Shown here: in pieces, positions 35,905-46,020 of the stretch
Layout: each line of letters starts with the position of its first letter
How positions within the stretch are numbered: the stretch's first letter is position 1
Source of the DNA: an uncultured delta proteobacterium
GTDB lineage: Bacteria > Myxococcota_A > Polyangia > Palsa-1104
Length of the DNA: 64,000 nt
NCBI GenBank assembly: GCA_963785725.1
Contig: CAWAWS010000016.1
Coordinates: forward strand, 224,001 to 288,000
Reading direction: 5' to 3'
The notes under the pieces: generated by a model
Seen by the model: the letters and a program-made list of their open reading frames with translations, nothing else
The model's database searches: none
Told to the model about the DNA's origin: nothing
Translations under genes and position numbers: made by a program

Positions 35905-36741
35905 CTAACGCTTTTGCGGCTGCTTGCCGGTGATCTGATCGACGATGTTCTCGTTGCTGTCGTTGCTGTTCTTCTCCGGCTGCGTCACGGCGTCGATGAG
36001 CGCCGAGCCGGCATGCGGCTTCGTGTTGTGCTCCGTCCGCGCCGACTCGACCTGCTTGGCGACGCCCGGATTGAACAGCACGAGGCAGAAGTTGCCGTAG
36101 AAGTCCGACTGATCGATCGCGTACAGCTGGAACTCGCCCGCCGCCGGCCACTCCAAGTGGTGCAGCGTCATGTCGTCGCTGGTCCGCTTCTGGGCGAACT
36201 TCATCTCCGCCTGGCCGTACCGGTTCTGAATGATCTTGGCGAAGTCGTCGAACGTCTTGCCCGCAAACACCGGGTGCTCGTTGTTGAACGCGATGTACTG
36301 CTTGTAGAGCCGATCGTGCCAGAAGAACAGGAAGCGCCGCTGATCGCGCTCCCACATCGTGACCATCGACTCGTCGTTGCGCGGCGCGAACTCCGCCTGC
36401 ACCAGCGACGTCGACCACTCTTTGTTGCCGGCGGCGACGCCATCGAACTTGATGTACGAGTCCTTGACCTTCTGGATCTCGTCGCCCTCGTCTTTGCGCA
36501 GCTGATCCTGCTTGTAGACGTCGGGCTCCTTCTTCGCCAGCTCGACATATTTGGCGTGGATGCCGTCGCTGATGACCTTGATGACTTCCTCGGGCGACGT
36601 GCCCCACTTGAACTTGCCGGCCAGCTCTCCGATCGCGCGCGAGTTCGCCGGCGCCGCCTTGGGCGCGGCCGCCTTCTTCGACTTGGCGAGGGCGGGCGTC
36701 GTGATCGCGAGCAGCGCCAGAACGGCACAGAACCGCTGCAT
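35905..36741 (-). CDS. Secreted hypothetical protein
   Basis: Signal peptide ending ALA-K; strong codon bias. Confidence 0.8.
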   Translation of the reverse strand: MQRFCAVLALLAITTPALAKSKKAAAPKAAPANSRAIGELAGKFKWGTSPEEVIKVISDGIHAKYVELAKKEPDVYKQDQLRKDEGDEIQKVKDSYIKFDGVAAGNKEWSTSLVQAEFAPRNDESMVTMWERDQRRFLFFWHDRLYKQYIAFNNEHPVFAGKTFDDFAKIIQNRYGQAEMKFAQKRTSDDMTLHHLEWPAAGEFQLYAIDQSDFYGNFCLVLFNPGVAKQVESARTEHNTKPHAGSALIDAVTQPEKNSNDSNENIVDQITGKQPQKR

Positions 36742-36817
36742 TCGGGCCTCCTTGCGCGCCGTTATACCACGCGTGCAAGGATTGCTAGCCGCTGTTTCAG
36801 GTCAAATGAGGGCCAAA

Positions 36818-39800
36818 TCAGGGCCCGATCGTCTGGATCTTCGACGCGTCGCGCGACAACGAGACCGAGGCGCTCGTGAGCGCGTCTTGGTCGAGCGCGA
36901 TGTCGAGCTCGAGGCCGGAGACCGAGCCATGGCAACCGGCGCAGACGCTGTTGAAGAACTTTTGCGGCACGCCGCGCGAGATGAACTCGCCGGGACCGAG
37001 CTGATCCTCCTCGGACATCGTGAAGATCTTGCTGCCGCTCGCCGACTGCAGCTCGAGGATGACCGGCGTCAGCGCCGGCAAACGCACCTGCACCGAGCCG
37101 TCCGACGCCAGCGCCGCGCGCCCGAGCTCCATGCGGTTCTGATAGACCATCTGCGAACCGGTCAGCCCCGCCATCGCCGCCGCCGGATCGCTCGGCGGCG
37201 CCTGATCTTGGTAGACGACGAGCTCGGTGCCGGCGCGCATCATGTCGACGAAGCGACCGGTGCGCAGGTTGGCGCCGAGCAGCGTCGCGATCATCGGCAG
37301 GTCGGGATAGTGCACGGTGCCGTGCGCCGGATCGGTCGTGTCGACGTGGCCGCCGAAGACCAGCTGGGTCTCGTTGTGGAACAGCGGCCGCGGCTCTCGC
37401 CGGTAGACGAGCACCGACTCGACGTGCGACATCGCGCCGCCCGAGAACGCCGCCAGCGACTGGTGCGTGCCGTCGACGGGATTGACGATGACGAGATCGT
37501 AGCGCGGCGTCTGCATCGACAGATCGGTCACGGTGCCGTCCCAGCTGGCCAGATAGTTTCCGTCGGGCAGCGGGAACGGCGAGCGATAGGCGCCTTGCGT
37601 GGCGCCCGCGCGGCCGGTGGCATTGGGATCGAGGATCTCGACCGAGCGCAGGAATTGGATGTCGGTGCGATCGGACTCGAACGGACCGACAGAGCGGTTG
37701 AACGTCGCCAGCGTGCCGCCGCCGCCCTTGGCGCCGACGTCGGACAGGACGAGCACGAAGTTGCGGTCGAGCCCTTCGCGGATCTCGGTCGCCTGCTGAT
37801 AGTCGACCGACGGATGCATCGCCAGCGTCTGCGTATCGACGGTGTAGCCTTGTGACTGCGAGCGCTGCGCCAACAACGGGTGATAGTCGGTCAGGTCCCA
37901 ATTGATGCGGCGGCCGCTGAGCTGATAGAAGTCGGCGCTCGCCTTCTCGGCCGTGAAGGTCATTTGGCCGTTGAGCATCATCGCCGGCGACAGCTCGGAG
38001 CCGAGCAGCGCCGTCATCTGCGTCGGCGCGCCGTAGCCGCCGCTGCCGTTGGGCGACATGCGCCACAGATCGGTTTGCGGCAGCAGATACTTGAGCGATC
38101 GCGTCGGACCGGCGGCGCCGCCGCGCGTGGACGCGAAGACGAGCGTGCCGTCGGACGCGTACATGGGATCGAGGTTGTGGCGCAGGATGCCGTTTTGCGA
38201 CATGCCGTTGCCGTCGGTGACTTTGGTGCACGTGTGTGTGGCGTCGAGCGTGACTTCGTAGATGTCGAGCGTGTCGGTGGCCGACAGGCGCATGGCGAAG
38301 GCGAGCTTGGACGTGTCGTAGCTGACGGCCGGATGGCGCACGTCGACGTTCGAGCGATCGGCGGCGACGCCGGCGCAGTTGCCGATGAGGCTCACGCCGG
38401 CGGTGGTCTTCGTGCCGTCGATGGCGCCGAGCACGCCGACGCCGATGGTGCCCATGACGAGGTCGGCGCCGGGGCGATAGGTGTCGAAGTCGATGTTGCG
38501 ATCGGGGTCAGGCGGGCGCACGACGCTGACGAGGGGCAACGTCGAGCCCGACGCCATCGCGTCGACCGTGCCGGCGGTCAAGAGCGCGGCGCGCTCGCGG
38601 CGATGCCACTCGACGAAGGCGCAGAACGGCGTGGCCGAGCCGTCGGTCGGGAACGGCTGCGCGCACAGCGTCGGGTCGAGCGTCTCGCCCGCGGTCTGCA
38701 GCGGCGGACCGCCGCGATGGACGAGGCCGAAGCCACCTTCGAGCGCCGACACGACCGGCTTCTTCACGAGGCGGCTTTGGCGAACGTCGGGCACATCGGC
38801 GACGAGGAACTGATTGCGCGCGACGTTGTAATTCTCCTGCAGCGAGAACGTCGAGAAGAAGCCTTGCGAGCCCGAGCGCAGCTTGAAGTCGTTGGTGGAG
38901 CCCGGCGAATGGCAGGCCTCGAGCGCGCAACCACGCTTCAAGAACACCGGCATGATGAAGTCTTGGAAGAACTGCTGCCCGTCCGACAGCATCACGGTCG
39001 ACTGCGCCGCGCCGACCTCCGCCGCCCACGCCGACAGCTTGAGCCACGTCGGATCGGTCTTGGTCTGGAAGAAGCTGCCGCCCGTGTGCGCCAGACCGCC
39101 GCCCGACGGCGCCAGCGGCTTCAACAGGATCTCCGACGTCTCCGGCGGATTGCCGACGTAGGCTTGCGCTTCGAGGTAGTTGAACTTGTCGGCGTCGTCG
39201 GTGCCCGAGCCTTTGCAGGTGAGGAAGAAGTCGGACTGCTCGCCCGAGTGGCAGGTCGAATAGGTGCAGCTCTTGGCCAACACCGGCTCGACGTTGGCCT
39301 GGAAGTCCTTGTACGCCTGCGTCGTCGTGTCGACGGTGGTGAGCTGCGCGGCGACGTCGGGCCGCACGGTCGCGAAGTCGGGATTGCACGGACCGGTGCC
39401 GACCTGCGACGGCCGCACGGTGACCGAGCCGTCTTCGTTGGCGCCGTCGTCGAGCCACTTCTGCAGCGTCGTGAACGCCGCCGACGTGACGGTGATGCTG
39501 TTGCCGCCGACGTGCTGAATCTCGGACGTGTAGAAGTGCGTCGTGCCGTCGCTGTTGCCTTTGTACGGGAACTGCGGCACATCGGCGCCGGTGGCCTTCA
39601 AGAGCAAGAGCGGCACCGAGAACGAGCCGAACGTGCGCGTCACGTCCTTGCGGCGAATGAGGTTGGCGTAGCTGGTGAGATCGAGGTTGCCGAGCGCGTT
39701 GCCGTTGCCGTCGTCCTTGTGGCAGGCGCCTTGATTGAACACGCAGTTTTGCGTCAGGATGGGCTGGATCGTGCGCTCGTAGAACATCGGACCGGCGGGC

Positions 39801-39877
39801 GCGCTGTCGTCGCAGCCGACCGCCGCCAGCAGCAGGAGACCGATGCTCGTCGTCGTCGCCTTCAACCGCCAGTTCAT
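36818..39877 (-). CDS. Large c-type cytochrome lipoprotein with HzsA-like (hydrazine synthase alpha-like) propeller/middle domain
   Basis: Lipobox AVGC; CX6CH, two CX4CH and one CXXCH motifs; TolB-like propeller; DGSVQVRLPALTPVILEL. Confidence 0.7.
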   Translation of the reverse strand: MNWRLKATTTSIGLLLLAAVGCDDSAPAGPMFYERTIQPILTQNCVFNQGACHKDDGNGNALGNLDLTSYANLIRRKDVTRTFGSFSVPLLLLKATGADVPQFPYKGNSDGTTHFYTSEIQHVGGNSITVTSAAFTTLQKWLDDGANEDGSVTVRPSQVGTGPCNPDFATVRPDVAAQLTTVDTTTQAYKDFQANVEPVLAKSCTYSTCHSGEQSDFFLTCKGSGTDDADKFNYLEAQAYVGNPPETSEILLKPLAPSGGGLAHTGGSFFQTKTDPTWLKLSAWAAEVGAAQSTVMLSDGQQFFQDFIMPVFLKRGCALEACHSPGSTNDFKLRSGSQGFFSTFSLQENYNVARNQFLVADVPDVRQSRLVKKPVVSALEGGFGLVHRGGPPLQTAGETLDPTLCAQPFPTDGSATPFCAFVEWHRRERAALLTAGTVDAMASGSTLPLVSVVRPPDPDRNIDFDTYRPGADLVMGTIGVGVLGAIDGTKTTAGVSLIGNCAGVAADRSNVDVRHPAVSYDTSKLAFAMRLSATDTLDIYEVTLDATHTCTKVTDGNGMSQNGILRHNLDPMYASDGTLVFASTRGGAAGPTRSLKYLLPQTDLWRMSPNGSGGYGAPTQMTALLGSELSPAMMLNGQMTFTAEKASADFYQLSGRRINWDLTDYHPLLAQRSQSQGYTVDTQTLAMHPSVDYQQATEIREGLDRNFVLVLSDVGAKGGGGTLATFNRSVGPFESDRTDIQFLRSVEILDPNATGRAGATQGAYRSPFPLPDGNYLASWDGTVTDLSMQTPRYDLVIVNPVDGTHQSLAAFSGGAMSHVESVLVYRREPRPLFHNETQLVFGGHVDTTDPAHGTVHYPDLPMIATLLGANLRTGRFVDMMRAGTELVVYQDQAPPSDPAAAMAGLTGSQMVYQNRMELGRAALASDGSVQVRLPALTPVILELQSASGSKIFTMSEEDQLGPGEFISRGVPQKFFNSVCAGCHGSVSGLELDIALDQDALTSASVSLSRDASKIQTIGP

Positions 39878-40037
39878 CGCGCTTCACCTCTCCGCTTCCG
39901 ACTTGCCGCGCCCACACGCCCGAAAGGCGGACGCATAGATCGCTGCCGCACCATTTTATACTGCGGCGCGACGACGGCGAAGCTCATTTTGGGAGACGTT
40001 CGAGACTTCGCTTGGGGATTTGCAGTGGAGCTGCGAG

Positions 40038-40886
40038 CTAGCGGAGGTTGGCGAGCGCGGTCGTGGCGACCGAGCGAACCAGCGGATCGCTGTCGCTCTG
40101 CGCCTGCTGCAGCGCGGCGCGACCGGTGCCGTCCTTGAGCTGACCGATGGCCCACGCCGCCGACTTGCGCACGGCCGGCGCCGCGTCGGTGTTGACGATC
40201 GCCGTCAGCGCCGCCAGCGCGCCGGTGACGTCGCCGCCGGCGCCGCCGATGAAGCCGATGGTCACCGCCGCCTGATGGCGCACGTTGGCGTCGCCGTCGG
40301 CGAGCAGCGGCAGGAGCGGCGCCACTTGCGCAGCGACCGGCGAGCCCTTGGGCGCGCGCAGATCGCGCAGCGACGCCGCCGCTTGCGCGCGCACGCCGGC
40401 CAGAGGAGAGCCGAGCGCCGTCGCCAGCGTCGCCACGCTCGACGGATGCCCGATGGCGCCGACCGCCAAGACGACCGCGACGCCCGAATCCTCGTCGAGC
40501 GGATGCGTCAGATAGGCGCTCAAGGTCGGCAGCGTCGAGTAGTCGCGCATCGCCGCCAAGACGTCGCCGGCGTTGCGCGCCGCAATCGGATCGCTGCCGG
40601 TCGTCAAGCGCGCCGTCATGGCCGCGATGACCTCGGTGCGCACGCCGCGGCGCGTGAGCCACCAGCCGGCCGCGTCACGCACGCGCTGCTGCGGATGATC
40701 GACGAGCTGCTGCACGACGCCGATGCAGCCCAAGCAGGCCAAGTATTCGGCGCGCTCGATCTCGGCCACGATGGCGTCGGTCGATCCCGACTCGACGGCC
40801 GACTGAATGGCGATCTGCGAGCCACCACGTCCCGCCCATGCCGACGACGACAAGAGCGCGACCATCACGAACGTTGCCGTACGCAT
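40038..40886 (-). CDS. Secreted HEAT-repeat protein
   Basis: Signal peptide AWA; VRAQAAASL, VRHQAAVTIG, VRKSAAWAIG. Confidence 0.85.
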   Translation of the reverse strand: MRTATFVMVALLSSSAWAGRGGSQIAIQSAVESGSTDAIVAEIERAEYLACLGCIGVVQQLVDHPQQRVRDAAGWWLTRRGVRTEVIAAMTARLTTGSDPIAARNAGDVLAAMRDYSTLPTLSAYLTHPLDEDSGVAVVLAVGAIGHPSSVATLATALGSPLAGVRAQAAASLRDLRAPKGSPVAAQVAPLLPLLADGDANVRHQAAVTIGFIGGAGGDVTGALAALTAIVNTDAAPAVRKSAAWAIGQLKDGTGRAALQQAQSDSDPLVRSVATTALANLR

Positions 40887-43105
40887 TAGTAGACCCTCCC
40901 CGGCGAATTCTCGCGGAAGTAATATTGTCCGCCGGTGTCGGCGTTCAGGATCATGAGGTAGTACTCGTCGGCCGACAGCTGGTACTTGGTCGACGTGCCA
41001 TCGAAGCCGTTGTACGTGCCGACCTCGGCCGGATGCACCGGCGTCGTCGGGTAGGCGCGCGTCGTCATGTCGACGGCCGGGAAGCGCACCGGCGGGTTCA
41101 ACATCTGAATCGCGACCGAGTCGTGCGCCGCGCCCGACGTGATGTACTGCTTGACCTCGCCCGAGATGGTGATCTGCTTCTCCATGAACGCCATCTGCGG
41201 ACCGAGCATCGACACGTACGACGAGTTGTAGGTGTACATCGTGTCGCCCGCGTCGATCGTCACCGGCGTCGACGTCAGGTTGAACGTGAAGCTGAACATC
41301 GTCATGTCGGTGACGTCGGTGATGGTGTAGCTCGGGTTGGCGGCGCCGGCGGTGCCGTCATGGCAGTCGATGCAATGCGCGTCGAAGATCGGCTGAATCG
41401 CCTTGTCCCACGGCGTGCCCATGACTTGCTCGTAGGTGAACGTGTCCGACAGGCGATCCTGGCGCGGCACCGTCGAGAACAGGTCGACCGCGTCGGTGGC
41501 CTGCAAGAGCGACGAGCCGGGCGCGATGGCGATGGCTTCGGTGCGGCTCTCGTGGCAGCCGCCGCAGACGCGCGATTCGCCGGGACGGCCCTGAATCCAG
41601 ATGGGCTCGGACGCGGTGTCGCCGCCCGGGCTCGAGCCGGCGGTGGTGAGCGCCATGCCGAATTGATCGATGAGCTGCAAGCGCACCGGCGTGTTGGCCG
41701 GGACGAGCGCCTTGAACGAGCCGTCGGGGTTGACCGGGACCTCGCCGAGGCGCGCCTGACCGTCGAACTCCGAGAGGCCGAACATGTTGGGGAAGCCCTC
41801 TTCGGTCGAGAAGCCTTCGGAGACGCGCACCTTGACGGCGGTGCCTTTGGTCATCCCCGGGAACATCGTGGAGTCGTAGACGTTGACGGCGGCGAGCAAG
41901 GTGCCGGCCGTGTTCTGCGTCGGGAAGAGCGGCGTCAAAGTCGGCGGCTCGGTGCGCGGGGCGATGGCGATGGGCGAGTGCTCCCACGTGCCGATGCCGT
42001 TGACGACCGGGTAGCGCGTCTGCGACTTGGAGTCGAAGACGTAGATGCCGAAGTCGGGCGACGTCTTGGCCATCGACAGCGTGCCCGTCTCGACCGGACC
42101 GTCGGCCCAGGTGACGAGGAAGCGATCGGTCGTGCCCGGCAGCGGCGCGACGTCGTAGTAGCGGCCGACGCCGGCGAACGACGGCGTGCGATCGGCGGGC
42201 ACGAGCGGCGTCAGATCCTCGGCCGACGACAGCGCCTCCGACTGCTTGGTGATGTCGGTGCCGCCCAAGTTGATGCGCAGGATCTTGCCGGCCTGATAGG
42301 TGCGATCGCGCGAGGTGCCGATCGCCAGGATCATGCCGGGCGAGACCTCCTTGGCGCGCAAGTAGGAGTTCGTCAGGCCCTTGCCTTCGCGACCGAAGCC
42401 CTCGCGCACGCCGGTCAGGTCCTGCTGCATGATCGTGAGATCGCCTTCGTTGGTCTCACCCAAGTGGCGCCACTCGGTCATGAGCACGCGGCCGTCCGAC
42501 AACAGCGTCGGCTTGACGCGGTGCGAGACGTTGCGCGGCGCCAGCGTGATGTCGGAGCCGTCGAGGTTCATGCTGCCGGCCTGCGCCGTCGTCGCGCGCT
42601 CGTACTCGTCGCGAAACTGCGGCACGGCGGCGCCTTCGACGTTTTGGTTGGTGCAGAAGAAGATGCGACCGGCCGGCATGTAGATGGGGTCGACCTCGTC
42701 GTTGGCGCCCATCGTGATCTGACAGGGGCCTTGCGAGACCTTGCCCAGCGCCGCGTCGCACGGGTTGGTGCCGTCGACGTTGACGCGGAAGATGTGATAG
42801 TGGTCGTCGCTCGGCGCGCGGCCGGAGAAGACGAGCTCGCGGGCGTCGAACGACAGGTCGACCGAGTTCACGTCGCCGCCCGACCAGTTGGTCAGGTTCT
42901 TCTTCACGCCGTCGGCGGTCGGCGGCGTGAGCGTGAACAGGTTGCCGTCGTTGCCGTTGCCCGTGTAGTCGAACACGTTGCCGGTGTCGACGGGTGAACG
43001 CGAGATGTACGCGATCGCCGGCACACCCCCGAGCACGTTGGACTGTCCGCTGTCGCATCCGAGCGGCAGCGCGGCAGCCATGGCCAGCGTCAGGATCTTG
43101 CGCAT
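40886..43105 (-). CDS. HzsA-related diheme cytochrome c lipoprotein
   Basis: Lipobox LPLGC; propeller repeats; LGEVPVNPDGSFKALVPANTPVRLQLID..WIQGRPGESRVCGGCHE; second motif CIDCH. Confidence 0.8.
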   Translation of the reverse strand: MRKILTLAMAAALPLGCDSGQSNVLGGVPAIAYISRSPVDTGNVFDYTGNGNDGNLFTLTPPTADGVKKNLTNWSGGDVNSVDLSFDARELVFSGRAPSDDHYHIFRVNVDGTNPCDAALGKVSQGPCQITMGANDEVDPIYMPAGRIFFCTNQNVEGAAVPQFRDEYERATTAQAGSMNLDGSDITLAPRNVSHRVKPTLLSDGRVLMTEWRHLGETNEGDLTIMQQDLTGVREGFGREGKGLTNSYLRAKEVSPGMILAIGTSRDRTYQAGKILRINLGGTDITKQSEALSSAEDLTPLVPADRTPSFAGVGRYYDVAPLPGTTDRFLVTWADGPVETGTLSMAKTSPDFGIYVFDSKSQTRYPVVNGIGTWEHSPIAIAPRTEPPTLTPLFPTQNTAGTLLAAVNVYDSTMFPGMTKGTAVKVRVSEGFSTEEGFPNMFGLSEFDGQARLGEVPVNPDGSFKALVPANTPVRLQLIDQFGMALTTAGSSPGGDTASEPIWIQGRPGESRVCGGCHESRTEAIAIAPGSSLLQATDAVDLFSTVPRQDRLSDTFTYEQVMGTPWDKAIQPIFDAHCIDCHDGTAGAANPSYTITDVTDMTMFSFTFNLTSTPVTIDAGDTMYTYNSSYVSMLGPQMAFMEKQITISGEVKQYITSGAAHDSVAIQMLNPPVRFPAVDMTTRAYPTTPVHPAEVGTYNGFDGTSTKYQLSADEYYLMILNADTGGQYYFRENSPGRVY

Positions 43106-43158
43106 CGTTCGAGCCTCCACGGCTCGCTCGTAGAGCAAGCAGCGGGCCGAAGCGAAAC

Positions 43159-43890
43159 CTAGGGATTCCGAATAATTGGCGTGACGCCTGCAGGAACGCT
43201 GGGGGTCGGCGCCCCCGGCGCGACGGGCAAGTGAGGGTCACCGCCCCCCTCTTGCTCCTGCACCGACTCGGCTTCGTCGGCGCCCTCCTCGGCCGTCTTC
43301 TCGGCTTCGAGATCGCCTTTGACGTCCTTCGAATAACGCGCGCGCTCGCCGGGACCCGAGTAGTCGATCCAGAACGCGTTGTGCCGCAAGCGCGACGGAT
43401 CGACGTCGAGGTGCACGAAGTCGGAGTTCGGATAATAGCCGACGCCGACGCGCGGCAGCGTGCGCTCGAAGTCGCGCAGCTCGGTGTTGGCGATGCCCTC
43501 GACGCGGAAGTCGCAGGCCACGCCCTTTTTGTGCGGCGACTTCGGGTTGCCCTTCTCGCGCGCGACGCGTGGCGCGCGATAGCCGGCGACGACGACGATG
43601 CGCTTGAAGTCGAAGTGCTGATCGACCTGGTAGATGAGCTGCGCCAGCCGCGTCGACATGTAATGCACGCGGCCCGTGTGATGACAGCGCAGGAAGCGAT
43701 TCCAGCCGTGCAGCTGCGCCTTACTGAAGCGACCGTGCGCGTCGGGCCGCAGCGTGAAGGTCTCGTGCGTGTTGATGGCGTAGAGCTCGGCCGCGGGCGG
43801 CGGCGGCGGCTTCGGCTTGCGCGGCGGCTTGGCGTGCGCGATGGCGCCGGAGAGCCCGACGACCAACGTGGCGACCAGCGCGCGTAGCAT
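43159..43890 (-). CDS. YcbK/DUF882 family peptidase M15 (MepK-like)
   Basis: FLRCHHTG, GYR, SPHKKGVACDF, GVGYYPNSDFVHLD. Confidence 0.88.
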   Translation of the reverse strand: MLRALVATLVVGLSGAIAHAKPPRKPKPPPPPAAELYAINTHETFTLRPDAHGRFSKAQLHGWNRFLRCHHTGRVHYMSTRLAQLIYQVDQHFDFKRIVVVAGYRAPRVAREKGNPKSPHKKGVACDFRVEGIANTELRDFERTLPRVGVGYYPNSDFVHLDVDPSRLRHNAFWIDYSGPGERARYSKDVKGDLEAEKTAEEGADEAESVQEQEGGGDPHLPVAPGAPTPSVPAGVTPIIRNP

Positions 43891-43971
43891 CGCCTTCAGT
43901 GTTTTCGGCGCAGCCTTCGCTGTCAATGCCACTGTCTATAATAGACGCGTTGCCGTGCTACTTTGTTCGCC

Positions 43972-44409
43972 ATGACCGTGCTGTTGCTGCTGGCGACGCT
44001 CGTCGGTGCGCTCTTCGTCCTCCGGCAGCTGGTGACGACGCGAGCGGCCCAGCGGGCGACGCCGGCCTTGCGCCTGGCCGGCGGGCCGCCCGACGACGCC
44101 CGTCACGGCGACAGTGACGGCGATGAAGCCGGCGCCGGGCGACCGCTGCTCGACGCCATCGCGCTGGTGCTGCGCGCGCAGGGCGCCGAGGTCGCCGCCG
44201 TCGAGGCCGACGACTGGGGCTTCGCGGCCGCGGCGATCGTCGACGGGCAGCCGTTGACGCTGAAGCTCGGCGCCCACGGATCGAACGGCGTCGGGCCCGA
44301 GTGGCTGCTCGTGCTCGACGGCGCGCACGACTCGGCGGCGCTGCGGCGCGCGATCGAAGCGGCGGCCGCCGCCGTCACCGGGGTCAAGCTGCTCGGCTGG
44401 GACGACTGA
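43972..44409 (+). CDS. Small hypothetical membrane-anchored protein
   Basis: N-terminal hydrophobic helix; DDWGF motif; TGn-TACTTT -10 element 7 nt upstream. Confidence 0.6.
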   Translation: MTVLLLLATLVGALFVLRQLVTTRAAQRATPALRLAGGPPDDARHGDSDGDEAGAGRPLLDAIALVLRAQGAEVAAVEADDWGFAAAAIVDGQPLTLKLGAHGSNGVGPEWLLVLDGAHDSAALRRAIEAAAAAVTGVKLLGWDD

Positions 44410-44421
44410 CCGACGCCCAGC

Positions 44422-46020
44422 TCAGTCGCATTCCTGCTCCCACATGCGCTCGCTCTTCCATTCGCGCTGCGTGTGGCCGGGAGCGGGCGTGAGGCTGTAG
44501 TCTTCGTAGAGCGCGAAGTGATCGAGCGGCTGACCGTCGACGCCGCCGGCGGTGCGCCAGCTCGCGCACAAATAGCGGCCCAAGGCCTTGAACAGCCGCG
44601 TGCGCCGCGGGCTCGGCTGCTCTTTGGTCAGCGCGAGCGCGTATTTGGTCCAGCGATGGTTGCTGTCGATGCCGTTGAACGAGACGGGGCCGCCGTCGAT
44701 TCCGTGCAAGCGCGTCGACCTTGCGACCGTCGATGAGCACGCCCTCGGCGCGCACGGTGCGATCGGACGGCAACGGCCGCGGCGCGAACATGTCCCAGCG
44801 CTGCCACAGCTCGATGACGCGCATGACGCTCGAGAGCGGCCGCGGCAAGTGCGCGCCCGCCTCGCCCGGCAGCGAGTAGAGCATGGCCATGACCAGCGTC
44901 GCCGCCAAGAGCGCGCGGCCGACGGAGCGGTAGCGCGGCCGCCACGAGAACGACCGCAGCGGCTCCGGCCCGACGAGCTGCGCACGCCACGGCACCAGCA
45001 GCCGCTCGCGCCAGCTCGCCGGCAAATCCGACGCGCGCGCGCCACCAGCGCCTCGGCCCAGCGCGGCTCGAAGAGCAGCGGATACGAGGCCAGCATCATG
45101 AGCGAGAAGTTGCCGACGTTCATGGTGAGGGCGATGCCGACGTGCAGCCCGAGGCCGGCGAGGAGCGCCAGCTTGCGCAGCCGCGACTGCTGAATCGGCG
45201 CGAAGACCAGCAAGACGAAGGCGGCCTCGAACGCCAGCGTGCCGTAGGTCGCCGGCACGGTCAGCCAGCCGGCATTGAAGAGCGCGGCGCCGAGGCGACG
45301 CGTGAACAGGTGGTCGAGGCCGAACGCGTAGTGCAGCGCGGTGCCGTTTTCCCAGGTGCGATCGCCGATCTTGCATAAGAACGTGCACACGTAGATCCAG
45401 CACAGCTGCAGCTGCAAGAGGCGCACGACGAAGGGAGCGCCGTGCATCGGCAGCGGGCGGCCGGCGGCGCGCGCCTCTGCGGCGTCAACCGAGTAGGTCG
45501 CGCCGATGGGCAAGAACAGGCACCAGAAGAGGAAGACGCGCGCCACGCTGTCGGAGCCGTCGAAGATCATCGGGTTCCGCTCGTGCAGGCCGGAGACGAG
45601 GACGAAGGTGGCGATGGCGGCCCACCGCGTGCGCCAACCGGCGACGAAGGCGAGCGTCGCGACGACCGCGAGCAGCCACAGCGCCCACGTCATCGCCAAC
45701 GGACCGGCGAGGTCGAAGACGGAGAAGCGGTCGGCGCGCGCCACGCCGCCGAGCAGCACCGAGCGCGGCAGGACGCCTTCGTCGGACAAGAGCGCGCGCA
45801 GCACCGGCGCCACGGTCGCGAGCGACCACAAGACGACGGTGCCGAGCGTGATGCGCATGAGGCCGAGCGGCCGGAGATCGAGCGGCGCCGTCCAGAAGCG
45901 ACGCGTGAACGGATGGTCGCCCTCGGGCGGCTGTGCGACCGTCGCCAGCGCATCGCGCGCGGGCACGGCAACGTCGGACACATTCACGAGCTGGAGCGCG
46001 GAGCTCGACATGGAGGTCAT
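44422..46020 (-). CDS. HTTM-domain (vitamin-K-dependent carboxylase-like/SdpB-like) membrane protein with C-terminal QxWxMFAP domain; two compensating frameshifts near 45030 and 44710
   Basis: DLRPLGLMRITLG, SDEGVLPR, RNPMIFDGSD, YSVD, QLCWIY..K..W.NGTA, LHVGIALTMNVGNFS. The alternative frame carries LWQRWDMFAPRP. Confidence 0.85.
   Translation of the reverse strand: MTSMSSSALQLVNVSDVAVPARDALATVAQPPEGDHPFTRRFWTAPLDLRPLGLMRITLGTVVLWSLATVAPVLRALLSDEGVLPRSVLLGGVARADRFSVFDLAGPLAMTWALWLLAVVATLAFVAGWRTRWAAIATFVLVSGLHERNPMIFDGSDSVARVFLFWCLFLPIGATYSVDAAEARAAGRPLPMHGAPFVVRLLQLQLCWIYVCTFLCKIGDRTWENGTALHYAFGLDHLFTRRLGAALFNAGWLTVPATYGTLAFEAAFVLLVFAPIQQSRLRKLALLAGLGLHVGIALTMNVGNFSLMMLASYPLLFEPRWAEALVARARRICRRAGASGCWCRGVRSSSGRSRCGRSRGGRATAPSAARSWRRRWSWPCSTRCRARRARTCRGRSRASCASSSCGSAGTCSRRGRCRPIAPCAPRACSSTVARSTRLHGIDGGPVSFNGIDSNHRWTKYALALTKEQPSPRRTRLFKALGRYLCASWRTAGGVDGQPLDHFALYEDYSLTPAPGHTQREWKSERMWEQECD

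Noticed and set aside
36818..43105. Anammox hydrazine synthase
   Set aside because: No recognisable hzsB/hzsC or hydrazine dehydrogenase, and the context is myxobacterial; only domain-level resemblance is supported.
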